Of a stretch of DNA of 64,000 nucleotides, positions 17,763 to 26,250 are shown piece after piece. How positions within the stretch are numbered: the first letter of the stretch is position 1; each line of letters begins with the position of its first letter. The DNA comes from Thermoplasmata archaeon (lineage in GTDB: Archaea; Thermoplasmatota; E2; JACPAO01; JAHFTW01). The stretch spans positions 119,294 to 183,293 of the forward strand of contig JAHFTW010000002.1 in the NCBI GenBank assembly GCA_023269235.1. The letters are read 5' to 3'. Position numbers and translations under genes: made by a program. The notes under the pieces are model-generated. The model was given only the letters and a program-made list of their open reading frames with translations, was not told the DNA's origin and did no database searches.

Positions 17763-18017
17763 TCAGGCGGCGCGGCGCTTCTGCTGCGTGAAGAGCATCA
17801 TGACGCCGGCGAAGACGAGCGCGATGGGGCCCACCATGGACCAGTTGAACACCCACCACTTCATGTTGTCCCCGAGCCAGGCGACGCCGAGGACGACGAT
17901 GAAGAGGCCCCACCAGTTGATGTTGGCCCAGTCGAAGGCGGGCTTCGCGGAGCCGAGGTAGCGCGGGTCGTTGTCCATGGACCAGAACCCCCTGAGGAGG
18001 AGCATAAGGGTGTCCAT
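17763..18017 (-). CDS. Small Trp-rich membrane protein, hypothetical
   Basis: 84 aa with two hydrophobic helices. High-GC3 ORF. Confidence 0.35.
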   Translation of the reverse strand: MDTLMLLLRGFWSMDNDPRYLGSAKPAFDWANINWWGLFIVVLGVAWLGDNMKWWVFNWSMVGPIALVFAGVMMLFTQQKRRAA

Positions 18018-18134
18018 TCGGTTCCGGGGCCGCCGCTAGGGCGTGGGCGGGCGGAGGCTCGTCCAGCACGGCTGGCTCCGTGCACACGCCGGGTGGGGCC
18101 TTCGGCCCCACGCACTGGTCGGGTGGCCTCGCAA

Positions 18135-18755
18135 TCAGGTGGCCACCCGCAGACTCGTCCAGAGCACGCGGGCGGCGACCGAGTTGTAGGGCGACCAGTA
18201 TGCGCGGTGGGACTCCATGACCGCTTTCGCCTTGGGCTCCGGGACGCCGTAGGCGCGCGCGACGCCCATGCGGAGGCCGAGGTCCTCGGGGGCGAAGACG
18301 TCGGGGCGGTGGAGGTGGAAGAGGAGGAACATCTTCGCCGTCCAGGTGCCGATGCCCTTGACGGCAGTGAGCTCCTCCAGGATGGCTTCGTCGGCCATCG
18401 CGGGGAAGCGGTGGAACTCGACTTCCTTGCGCAGCGTCTTGTCGGCGAGGTCGAGGACGTACTCCGTCTTGCCCCGCGACAGGCCCGCCGACCGCAACTG
18501 CTCCGGCGTGCGGTTGAGGACGCGACGCGGCGTGACCTTGCCGCCGAGGACCTTGACGAGACGGCCATGGATGGTGCGCGCCGCGGCCATGCTGACCTGC
18601 TGGTGCGTGATGGACTGCACGAGCGTCGCGAACCCGTCGGGGGACTGGATGGGCGGCTCGCCTTCGAGGGGGTGCGCGCGGCTGAGTTTCCACATCACGG
18701 GGTCGGAGGCCTTCCACCGCGCCTCGGCTTTCTTCTGGAGGGCGTCCACGCTCAT
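18135..18755 (-). CDS. HhH-GPD base-excision DNA glycosylase (DNA-3-methyladenine glycosylase II/AlkA-like)
   Basis: HhH-GPD motif LTAVKGIGTWTAKMFLLFHLHRPDVFAPEDLGLR. Confidence 0.8.
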   Translation of the reverse strand: MSVDALQKKAEARWKASDPVMWKLSRAHPLEGEPPIQSPDGFATLVQSITHQQVSMAAARTIHGRLVKVLGGKVTPRRVLNRTPEQLRSAGLSRGKTEYVLDLADKTLRKEVEFHRFPAMADEAILEELTAVKGIGTWTAKMFLLFHLHRPDVFAPEDLGLRMGVARAYGVPEPKAKAVMESHRAYWSPYNSVAARVLWTSLRVAT

Positions 18756-20527
18756 GCGGTCTTCCAGGCATCACCGGGGCGGAACTGGGTCTCGTACGTG
18801 CCCTCGAAGAGCGGCGCGAAGCGGAGGCGTTGGTCCTTGCCGGTCGCGGTCTTTGGGATGGCGTCGACGAACTTGACGAGCTTGGGGGACTTCTCCCAGG
18901 GCACGCCCTTTCGCTTGAACCACGCCTGCACGGCGGCCTCCGTGAGTGCGGCGCCCTCGGGGCCCGGTTTGCGCTCGACGACGGCGCCGATCTCCTGGCC
19001 CAGTTTCTGCGACTTGAAGCCGTACGCGAGCGCGTTCTCGACGCCCGGGATGGAGCGCAGGAGCTGGTCGATCTCGAAGGTGCTGTACTTCTCGCCGCCG
19101 CGCTCGACGAGCTCCTTGATGCGGCCGACGATGAAGAAAAACGGGCGCCCTTTCTTGTCGAGGGCCATGAAGCCCTCGTCGCCGGTCTGCAGCACGCCGT
19201 GCGCAAACGTCTTGGCGTTGGCCTCCGGGTTGCGGAAGTACTCTTTCATGACGTTGCGGCCCGAGACGACGATTTCTCCCCAGCACTCCTTGCCGACTGG
19301 TTCGCCGAGGCGGCCGGCGGGGCGGGCCTTGCCGGTGTCGGGGTCGAGGATGCCCATCTGGTTGTGCGCGATGGGGACGCCGATGCTGGGAAAACCGTGT
19401 TCCGCGATGGCGATGCGGTAGTCTGCGTCGGTGAGGTCGCCGGGGAGGAAGCAGGAGTAGCAGGTCGTCTCCGACATGCCCCACCCGTGCGCGACGCGCA
19501 GGCCGAACTTGCTGGTGAAGCCCTCCGCCACGTCCACGTAGAGTTGCCCCGCTCCGCAGATGATGGTGCGGAACCGCTCGCGCAGGCGGGGATGTTTCGT
19601 GATGTCCTCGCCGAGGTCGGTGAGCGACTTCAGCATCGCCGGGACGACGGAGGTGGCGCTGACGTTCTCCGCGGAGACGCGGTCCCAGAACAGGGCCGGC
19701 TTCCACTTGCGGTTGAGGACGACGGTGGCGCCGCACCAGAGAGCGGTGAGGCAGGTGGTGACGATGGCGTTGACGTGGAACAACGGCATCGCCGTCATGA
19801 AGACGTCCGAGGCATCGAAGCCGTGGTGGCGCGCGATGCCGTGCGCGTCGTAGAGCATCTCGTGCGTCAGGATGACGCCCTTCGGGTTGCCCGTGGTGCC
19901 CGAGGTGTAGATGTTGATGGCGTCCGTGGCGAGGCGGCGCGGCGGGAGGTCCGCCTCGTCGGTGACGCTGTACATCATCTCGCCCCACTCCGCATCGTAC
20001 GTGGTGCGCACACAGTTCTCGCCGAACGCGATGACGGTGGTGGCGCCCGCCTTGCGGGCGATGGGGGCGACCCGCGTCGCGCAGCCGTCCCGCACGAAGA
20101 GCGCCTTCACTTGCGCATGGCCCATGATGTAGGCAAGCCGCTCATCGTCCTCCTTGAGATTGAGGGGAACGGTGAGGATGCCGGACGCCCACGCGGCGTA
20201 GAGGACGACGAGGGTGTCGCTGTGGTTGAACTCGTCCGCCGTCGCGATGGCGTCGCCCTCGACGAGGCCCAGGTCGGCCATGACCTTCGCGGCCTGGCGG
20301 ACCTCCACCAAGAACTCTTGCCGCGTCCAGTCGGCGCGGGTGCGCTCGTCGTCATCGTAGAAGACCAGGAACGGCGCGTCCGGGGCCTCGCGGGCACGAC
20401 GCTCCAAGAGGTCACCGATGCCGTCCACGCCCAGGTCGAAGCTGGGCAGGACATCGCCGTGGAGGTCGGGATGGTCTACGCGGTGCGCCTGCGTGATGAG
20501 GCCCTCGACGGGGGCGGCCTTCTGCAC
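18752..20527 (-). CDS. AMP-dependent synthetase/ligase (acyl-CoA synthetase family)
   Basis: YTSGTTGNPKGV AMP-binding motif. ...GWGMSET... About 590 aa. 4-nt overlap with the downstream glycosylase. Confidence 0.85.
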   Translation of the reverse strand: MQKAAPVEGLITQAHRVDHPDLHGDVLPSFDLGVDGIGDLLERRAREAPDAPFLVFYDDDERTRADWTRQEFLVEVRQAAKVMADLGLVEGDAIATADEFNHSDTLVVLYAAWASGILTVPLNLKEDDERLAYIMGHAQVKALFVRDGCATRVAPIARKAGATTVIAFGENCVRTTYDAEWGEMMYSVTDEADLPPRRLATDAINIYTSGTTGNPKGVILTHEMLYDAHGIARHHGFDASDVFMTAMPLFHVNAIVTTCLTALWCGATVVLNRKWKPALFWDRVSAENVSATSVVPAMLKSLTDLGEDITKHPRLRERFRTIICGAGQLYVDVAEGFTSKFGLRVAHGWGMSETTCYSCFLPGDLTDADYRIAIAEHGFPSIGVPIAHNQMGILDPDTGKARPAGRLGEPVGKECWGEIVVSGRNVMKEYFRNPEANAKTFAHGVLQTGDEGFMALDKKGRPFFFIVGRIKELVERGGEKYSTFEIDQLLRSIPGVENALAYGFKSQKLGQEIGAVVERKPGPEGAALTEAAVQAWFKRKGVPWEKSPKLVKFVDAIPKTATGKDQRLRFAPLFEGTYETQFRPGDAWKTA

Positions 20528-20637
20528 GGAAGCGCCAGAGGGAGGACCCGCTTGAAGCTGGCGGGCAAGGCCAACGAGCGACCGAGTTCACCGTACCCAC
20601 CAAATCGCAGAAATGTGGGTAAGGCTTATCGGGTCGC

Positions 20638-20919
20638 GTGCCCCATCTCACCCTCGTGAACCAGGAACTTGTCGCTGACGACCGTGGCCGCGTCACGCTT
20701 CCCCCGGACATGCGCAGGCGGCACGGCCAGCGCTACATGGCCATTGACACCCCCGACGGAATCCACCTGTTCCCCATCCCGAAGCGCGGCGACACCCAAT
20801 GGCTCGGCAAGCCGATCCCGTCGTCCGAGTACCGCCGCGTCGCCATGGAAGCGGCCGAGAAAGAAGTGGAGGACGAGCTCCGCACCATCCATGGGGTGAA
20901 ACGTGGTCGGAAGCGCTGA
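20638..20919 (+). CDS. vapB: AbrB/SpoVT/MazE-fold antitoxin (VapB-like)
   Basis: GRVTLPPDMRRRHG swapped-hairpin motif. Overlaps the downstream PIN gene. Confidence 0.65.
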   Translation: MPHLTLVNQELVADDRGRVTLPPDMRRRHGQRYMAIDTPDGIHLFPIPKRGDTQWLGKPIPSSEYRRVAMEAAEKEVEDELRTIHGVKRGRKR

Positions 20920-21271
20920 CGCAAACCTGCTGCTTGCCGCCGTGGACCCGCAGGACGCCCTCCACGCGCGAGCCCGCAGCCACATCCATGCGCATGGACG
21001 CCTGCGCGCCTCCGTTCCCGCCGTCCTCGAGGCGTTCATCGTGCTGCGCCGTCGTGGCGCGAGCCTGCAAGCCCTGGTCGCCCGCCTCAATGAGCACTTT
21101 GACCTGGACGACGCCGGCAGCCTCCAAACGGCCGCATGGGCCCTCGACAAAGGCCTCCTCCGAACGCCCTTCGACGCCTACCACGCCGCCGACGCCCACC
21201 GACGCGGCGAGCCTCTCCACACCGCCGACCAGGAACTCCTCGCCTCGGCGTTCCCGACCATCGCCTACTGA
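20903..21271 (+). CDS. vapC: PIN-domain toxin (VapC-like)
   Basis: Acidic residues in a PIN-like arrangement (LLLAAVDPQD ... D...). 17-nt overlap with vapB. Confidence 0.6.
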   Translation: MVGSADANLLLAAVDPQDALHARARSHIHAHGRLRASVPAVLEAFIVLRRRGASLQALVARLNEHFDLDDAGSLQTAAWALDKGLLRTPFDAYHAADAHRRGEPLHTADQELLASAFPTIAY

Positions 21272-21389
21272 CCCGCCCCCCGACGGAGTTAAAGAGCCCC
21301 CGCCGGCATGGAACCCCCGATGAACGGCTTGGGCTCCGACGCCCGCGAGTCATCACCGTAGGCCGCGCAGCTAGCGTGGCCCCGCATCT

Positions 21390-21473
21390 GCCAACGTCGC
21401 TCAATCCGGTAGAGCAGCGGTCTTGAAAACCGCCGTCCGCAAGGATTTCCAGGTTCAAATCCTGGCGTTGGCG
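21390..21473 (+). tRNA. tRNA-Ser (anticodon TGA), class II with long variable arm
   Basis: Manual fold: acceptor GCCAACG/CGTTGGC. D stem GCTC/GAGC. Anticodon stem GCGGT/ACCGC with loop CTTGAAA. Long variable arm. T arm CCAGG-TTCAAAT-CCTGG. Discriminator G. Confidence 0.8.
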
Positions 21474-21522
21474 CTTGGGTTGATCGGCAGATCTATGGAT
21501 CTCGGCACCATCGTTTTGGACG

Positions 21523-22047
21523 ATGAGTCGCCGGGCTTCTTACCAGAAGACTCGGTCGAACAATCAAACTGAAGATGAGGCGTTGTTGGTTGTCTTACGC
21601 GCCGACCCCAGAATGCAACTGGTGAATTCCAAGACGCGCAATCGTCTCCTCGACCTTCTGGGACTTCGACCGGGTTTCAGTAGCCGCGTGTTTGACCTCA
21701 TCCGAACCAACTCTGTAGCTCCGGCGCTTGACGAATCTAACATTCACGAACATTTGGACGGCCTTGTTCTTGTTGAGGTCAAAGCCACTCAAGCGCCCAT
21801 CGTCGATTCGTCTCTTCATGGGTTCTTTTTTGGGGCAACCGAGAATGAGTACAAAATTGCGAAGCAACTTGGAGCGGCCTATTGTTTCGCGTTCGTGGTC
21901 CTTCGACCTGCGGGGGGCGGCAAACCTTTCCACGTTCTCTTGGACCTCGATGAAGTTGAGCGCCGCACACAGACCAAGCGAACGCAGTTTCAGGTGAATT
22001 TCAAGTCGGCCCGTCAAGGTGGTGTTCCCCCTGGACCTAAGCCTTGA
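21523..22047 (+). CDS. DUF3883-like PD-(D/E)xK nuclease-fold protein (low-GC islet gene 1)
   Basis: HEHLDGLVLVEVKAT ... FFFGATENEYKIAKQLGAAYCFAFVV resembles the DUF3883 core and C-terminal helix. Codon usage is markedly lower in GC than its surroundings. Confidence 0.5.
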   Translation: MSRRASYQKTRSNNQTEDEALLVVLRADPRMQLVNSKTRNRLLDLLGLRPGFSSRVFDLIRTNSVAPALDESNIHEHLDGLVLVEVKATQAPIVDSSLHGFFFGATENEYKIAKQLGAAYCFAFVVLRPAGGGKPFHVLLDLDEVERRTQTKRTQFQVNFKSARQGGVPPGPKP

Positions 22048-22807
22048 CCCCCGCCCCGGTGAAGGATACCGAAGCGCCAGCCAATGGGCCCGTCGCGTAA
22101 CTGAGAATTGGGCCGCGCGTGAATTGTACTGTTGGGGATGCCAGTCCCCACATCTTTCCGCGCACGCGACCAACACCAGCGTCGAGGATTACCGTTGTCC
22201 GTCTTGCTCTCGACGCGTTCAAGTCAAGGCGAAAAACGGGCCAATCGGGAAGACGGTTGCCAACTCAGGCTACGAAGTAAAACTTCAGGCCATCCGGAAA
22301 AATGTCGCACCAGACTATGCGTTCATGTCGTACAGCCGAACCGATTTGGCCGTCGAATCATTGTTCGTTGTTCCCGGTTCGTTTCTCTCTCAATCTGTAA
22401 TTTCTCCGCGTACGCCTTTGAGCGCGACTGCTCGGCGTGCTGGCTGGGTCGGCTCGAATATTCATCTGGACCGCATTCCGGCGTTTGGGAAAATCGTCGT
22501 GATTGCCGACGGAGCCGCACGTCCCAAGGTGCAGGTCCGCAAAGATTTCTCACAGATTGGATTTGTCGGGTCCTTCCCTCAAGAGCAGCGTGGTTGGCTT
22601 GGGGATGTCCTTTCTTGTTTGGAGAAGCTTGACCTCACGTCCGGAAGTTCATTCCATCTTGGCGACCTCTACGCATTCGAGGATTCCCTGCGTCGCCTGC
22701 ATCCAACGAACAACAACATTCAGCCAAAAATTCGGCAGCAACTCCAAGTGTTGGAACGGCAAGGAATTGTTCGCCGTCTCCGCCCGGGACTGTTCCAAAA
22801 GGTTTGA
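22019..22807 (+). CDS. DpnI-like (Dam-replacing family) methyl-directed type IIM restriction endonuclease: Zn-ribbon + PD-(D/E)xK + C-terminal winged helix
   Basis: YCWGCQSP...YRCPSC zinc ribbon. GYEVKLQAI (ExK). SATARRAGWVGSNIHLDRIP and KIRQQLQVLERQGIVRRL closely recall DpnI segments (TARRAGWIG..., IRQQLQIL...). Low-GC codon usage. Confidence 0.6.
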   Translation: MVFPLDLSLDPRPGEGYRSASQWARRVTENWAARELYCWGCQSPHLSAHATNTSVEDYRCPSCSRRVQVKAKNGPIGKTVANSGYEVKLQAIRKNVAPDYAFMSYSRTDLAVESLFVVPGSFLSQSVISPRTPLSATARRAGWVGSNIHLDRIPAFGKIVVIADGAARPKVQVRKDFSQIGFVGSFPQEQRGWLGDVLSCLEKLDLTSGSSFHLGDLYAFEDSLRRLHPTNNNIQPKIRQQLQVLERQGIVRRLRPGLFQKV

Positions 22808-23035
22808 CTCCACCCCGGCAAAGCGATTTCGTTGCCGTTTCCATCTGAGTCGCATGAGCTACCGGCCGCTGGTGCCGCAGGTTGTTTGTCCGTGTGGGAG
22901 AAAAATTCCTCGTCGAAGTCTTGCGTTGACGGAGCCTGATACGGGGAGTTACCGGGGCGCCATATGGCAATCAGGTTGCTCCTGCGGACGTTCCCTGACG
23001 ATTGAAATTGCGGACGACCCCGAATATCCTTCCGA

Positions 23036-23659
23036 CTAGTCGCCCTGCTTCTTCGCCCTTGGTCCCGGCACAAAATTCCACACGGCGACCTGCGCGAACT
23101 CTTCCTCGTTCCAACCGACCGCGGACACGTTGCCGTAGTCCTGCGCGAACGCGAACGTCTGGACGTAGGGCAGTCCAAGGGAGTGGGCAAGGATCGCGCG
23201 GCTCACGCCCGCGTGACCGAACAGCGCAATCGTGCGTCCCTTGAACTCGTCCCGCAGTTTGTCCAAGCCGTCGGCGACGCGCTTCTGGAACACGCTGCCG
23301 GATTCTCCGCCGGGGGCCGCGTGGGCCATGACGTCACCCTGCCAGGCCTCTGCGTGGCCGGGGGAGTGCGCGAGGATTTGGGGCCAGAACAGGCCGTCCC
23401 ATTGGCCGAAGTCCATCTCCGCGAAGGCGGGCCGGACGGTGAGCGTCATGCCCTTGGCCTTGGCGAGGGGGGCGGCGGTGTCGAGGGCGCGGCGGCGCGG
23501 GCTCGCCACGATGGCGTCCAGCTCCGCCTCCTCGAGGTAGGCGGCGATGGCTTGGCCCTGGTGGCGCCCCAGGTCGGAGAGGGCGACGTCGGTGCGGCCG
23601 ATGAAGGCGCCGACGAACTTCGCCTCCACCTCGCCGTGTCGCATGAAGAACAGCCGCAC
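23036..23659 (-). CDS. Histidine phosphatase-family protein (phosphoglycerate mutase-like)
   Basis: FFMRHGE catalytic RHG motif. ...LFGHAGV... second His. Confidence 0.8.
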   Translation of the reverse strand: MRLFFMRHGEVEAKFVGAFIGRTDVALSDLGRHQGQAIAAYLEEAELDAIVASPRRRALDTAAPLAKAKGMTLTVRPAFAEMDFGQWDGLFWPQILAHSPGHAEAWQGDVMAHAAPGGESGSVFQKRVADGLDKLRDEFKGRTIALFGHAGVSRAILAHSLGLPYVQTFAFAQDYGNVSAVGWNEEEFAQVAVWNFVPGPRAKKQGD

Positions 23660-23703
23660 GCGTCGCCCAGCGGCAGGGGGCTCATCATGGTGCCGACGGC
23701 CTT

Positions 23704-24054
23704 TTGGGCAAGCCCCGTCTTGGAGCGGCCGTGGCTCCCCTCGCCTTGCCGCGCTTCCTGCGCTACGGCGAGTCGGAGCTGGACCCCGCCGTCCACGCCG
23801 AGATCCTGCTGGAGTCGGCGCGCAACGAAGCCCGCGTCGCCATCCTGGAGCTGGTGCTCGCCATTGGGTTCGGGCTCTGGTACGGTTTCCGCGGCGACGC
23901 GTTCCGCGCCGTGACGGTCTTCTCTCTCATCACCGTGCTGCCGTTGCTGCTCGACGCCCTGCTGCGGCGCATGGCAGCCAAGCGCCTCGCGGGCACGGGC
24001 CCGCACCCGGCGCCACGCGTGGGCCAGGGCGAGTTCGCGTACCGGCGCCGCTAG
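23704..24054 (+). CDS. Hypothetical small membrane protein
   Basis: 116 aa with two hydrophobic helices. High GC3. No known motif. Confidence 0.3.
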   Translation: MGKPRLGAAVAPLALPRFLRYGESELDPAVHAEILLESARNEARVAILELVLAIGFGLWYGFRGDAFRAVTVFSLITVLPLLLDALLRRMAAKRLAGTGPHPAPRVGQGEFAYRRR

Positions 24055-24057
24055 CGA

Positions 24058-24459
24058 CTACAGGCTGCGTTCGTGGCCGGCGCGCGAGCCGGAGCCTGCG
24101 CCCATCCACGCGAGGCGGCCGGGGCCGCGCGCGACGATGACGCGCAAGCCGCTCTTCACGGCCTCCGCCTGGATGCGGCGGTCGTTGGTGAAGACGACGC
24201 CCTGCAGGCGGCGCGCGACCTCGAGGAGGCCATCATCGCCGGGCAAGGTCGTGGGCGCGACGGTGCTGCGCGCGGTGAGCTTGAGGGCCAGCTTGGCGGC
24301 GCGGCCGGGGGCGCCGCCGTTCTTGGCGAGGCCGGAGAGCTCGTTGGCGACGCTTTGCGGGACGACGAGCTCGATGATGCCGGCGAGCTGCTCGAGGCGC
24401 GTCAGGATGTCCCCCTCCGCGACGAGCAGGAGCGCGTTGGTGTCGGCGACGATCTGCAT
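24058..24459 (-). CDS. PIN-domain protein immediately downstream of aIF2-gamma (conserved archaeal pairing)
   Basis: MQIVADTNALLL ... TNDRR. PIN acidic residues. Confidence 0.75.
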   Translation of the reverse strand: MQIVADTNALLLVAEGDILTRLEQLAGIIELVVPQSVANELSGLAKNGGAPGRAAKLALKLTARSTVAPTTLPGDDGLLEVARRLQGVVFTNDRRIQAEAVKSGLRVIVARGPGRLAWMGAGSGSRAGHERSL

Positions 24460-24464
24460 GGTGC

Positions 24465-25760
24465 TCAGGCGGCCTTGGGGACGCCGTAGCCGATGAGGCG
24501 CCAGCGGCCGCCGACGCGACGGCTGATGGCGATGCGGCTGTCGGCCTCGATGGCGACGGGCAGCTTGAGGACCGACTCGACGACGTTGTTGGCCGACTTG
24601 AGGACCATGCCGACGGTGGTGGCGGTGCCGACGTTGAGCATGAGGGGCTCCTTCACCTTGATGGGCTCGACGGCCGCCTCGTCCTCGGCGCCGACGACGC
24701 GCTCCAGGAGGGTGACGGCCATGTTGAGGCGGTCCACGGTCTTGGGGAGCTTGCCGGGGTGGCCGACGGCGCGGCCGACGAGGTTGTCGGCCTTCGTGAC
24801 GCTGGGGTCCAGCTCGGTGCCGATGGCGATGAGGCCGCCGGGGCCCGCCGACTCGACGGGTTCGCTGCCGCAGAAGAGGCTGACGATCTTCGACTTGAGG
24901 GGCTTCGTGGTGGACTTGCCGTCCGGGGTCTCGACGCGCAGGCCGGGGCTGATCTCGATCTCGTCGCCGACGCGCAGCGTGCCGCGGCTGAGGGAGCCGC
25001 CCATGACGCCGCCGCGCAGCTTGTCGGGGCGGGTGCCAGGGCGGTTGATGTCGAAGCTGCGCGCCACGAGCATGACGGGCTCATCCTTGGCGCTGTGCGG
25101 CTTCGTGGGGATGGTGGCCTCGATGGCCTCGATGAGGGCGCTGAGGTTGACGTCGTGGTGCGCGGAGATGGGGATGACGGGGGCAGTCTCGGCGACGGTG
25201 CCCTTGACGAACGCCTGGATCTCCTTGTAGTTCTCCAGGGCGCGCTTCTCGTCCACGAGGTCGATCTTGTTCTGGACGATGACGATGTTCTTCGCGCCGG
25301 CGATCTGCAGGGCCATGAGGTGCTCGCGCGTCTGCGGCTGCGGGCATTTCTCGTTCGCGGCGACCAGCAACAAGGCACCGTCCATGAGGGCGGCGCCGGA
25401 GAGCATGGTGGCCATGAGCGTCTCGTGGCCGGGGGCGTCCACGAAGCTGACGCGGCGCAGCTTGGCGGGCGCGGCGGCGAAGCGGGGGTCGTCCTTCTTG
25501 GTGCTGAAGACCGCCTGGCCCTCCGCGTCGGCGCCCTTGTAGAACGTCGAGTCGGCGTAGCCGAGCTTGATGCTGATGCCGCGCTTGATCTCCTCGGAGT
25601 GCACGTCGGTCCAGACGCCGGAGAGCGCCTTCGTGAGCGTGGTCTTGCCGTGGTCGACGTGGCCGATGAGGCCGATGTTGACCTCGGGCTGCTCGAACGG
25701 CGTGCTGCCCGCCGCTCCGGAGGTTTCGGCCTTCTTGGGGGCGGGGGCTTTCACGGCCAT
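24465..25760 (-). CDS. eif2g: Translation initiation factor 2 subunit gamma (aIF2-gamma)
   Basis: VNIGLIGHVDHGKTTLTKALSG G1 motif ... zinc knuckle ... Starts MAVKAPAPKK. The remaining upstream part of ORF 24465..26252 is spurious. Confidence 0.9.
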   Translation of the reverse strand: MAVKAPAPKKAETSGAAGSTPFEQPEVNIGLIGHVDHGKTTLTKALSGVWTDVHSEEIKRGISIKLGYADSTFYKGADAEGQAVFSTKKDDPRFAAAPAKLRRVSFVDAPGHETLMATMLSGAALMDGALLLVAANEKCPQPQTREHLMALQIAGAKNIVIVQNKIDLVDEKRALENYKEIQAFVKGTVAETAPVIPISAHHDVNLSALIEAIEATIPTKPHSAKDEPVMLVARSFDINRPGTRPDKLRGGVMGGSLSRGTLRVGDEIEISPGLRVETPDGKSTTKPLKSKIVSLFCGSEPVESAGPGGLIAIGTELDPSVTKADNLVGRAVGHPGKLPKTVDRLNMAVTLLERVVGAEDEAAVEPIKVKEPLMLNVGTATTVGMVLKSANNVVESVLKLPVAIEADSRIAISRRVGGRWRLIGYGVPKAA

Positions 25761-25828
25761 GAGGGCGCCCAGGAGGGTCTCCTTCAAAAAGGGGCGTGCC
25801 GGGAGAACGCTCTGGAGAAGACGGGCTC

Positions 25829-26242
25829 CTAGGGTTTCCCGCCTTTGCCCTCGAAGTCCAGGCTCGCCGAGTTGATGCAGTAGCGCTGCCCCGTCGGCGT
25901 CGGTCCGTCGTCGAAGAGGTGGCCCAGGTGGGCATCGCAGGCGGCGCAGCGGACCTCCGTGCGCTCCATCCCGTACGCGCGGTCCACGACCTCCTTGATC
26001 TTCGTCTTGTCCACGCTCTCCCAGAAGCTCGGCCAGCCGGTGCCGGAGTCGAACTTGGTGTCGGACTTGAACAGGCCGGCGCCGCAGCAGACGCACTTGT
26101 ACATCCCGACGCCCTTGTGGTTCCAGTACTTCCCCGAGAACGGCCGCTCCGTCGCGGAGCAGCGCGTCACCTCGTACTGCTCCTCGGTGAGCTTGCCTTT
26201 CCACTCGGCGTCGCGGGTCGTGTCCGGCATCGCTTTGGCCAT
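25829..26242 (-). CDS. msrB: Peptide-methionine (R)-S-oxide reductase MsrB
   Basis: CxxC...CxxC zinc site ([19 protein letters not shown]). RYCINSASL catalytic Cys region. Confidence 0.9.
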   Translation of the reverse strand: MAKAMPDTTRDAEWKGKLTEEQYEVTRCSATERPFSGKYWNHKGVGMYKCVCCGAGLFKSDTKFDSGTGWPSFWESVDKTKIKEVVDRAYGMERTEVRCAACDAHLGHLFDDGPTPTGQRYCINSASLDFEGKGGKP

Positions 26243-26250
26243 GCTGGTCC

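Noticed and set aside
17518-20659. Long overlapping ORFs (17518..19206 minus, 18830..20659 plus, 18771..19988 minus) around the glycosylase and acyl-CoA synthetase genes
   Set aside because: They overlap the real glycosylase and acyl-CoA synthetase genes in other frames or strands. Ser/Arg/Pro-rich artefacts.
23763-23996. Possible Spt4/RpoE'' small gene expected downstream of the aIF2-gamma/PIN pair
   Set aside because: The only small ORF there is antisense to another candidate gene and lacks a Zn-ribbon. No Spt4-like CxxC-x(n)-CxxC protein is present.
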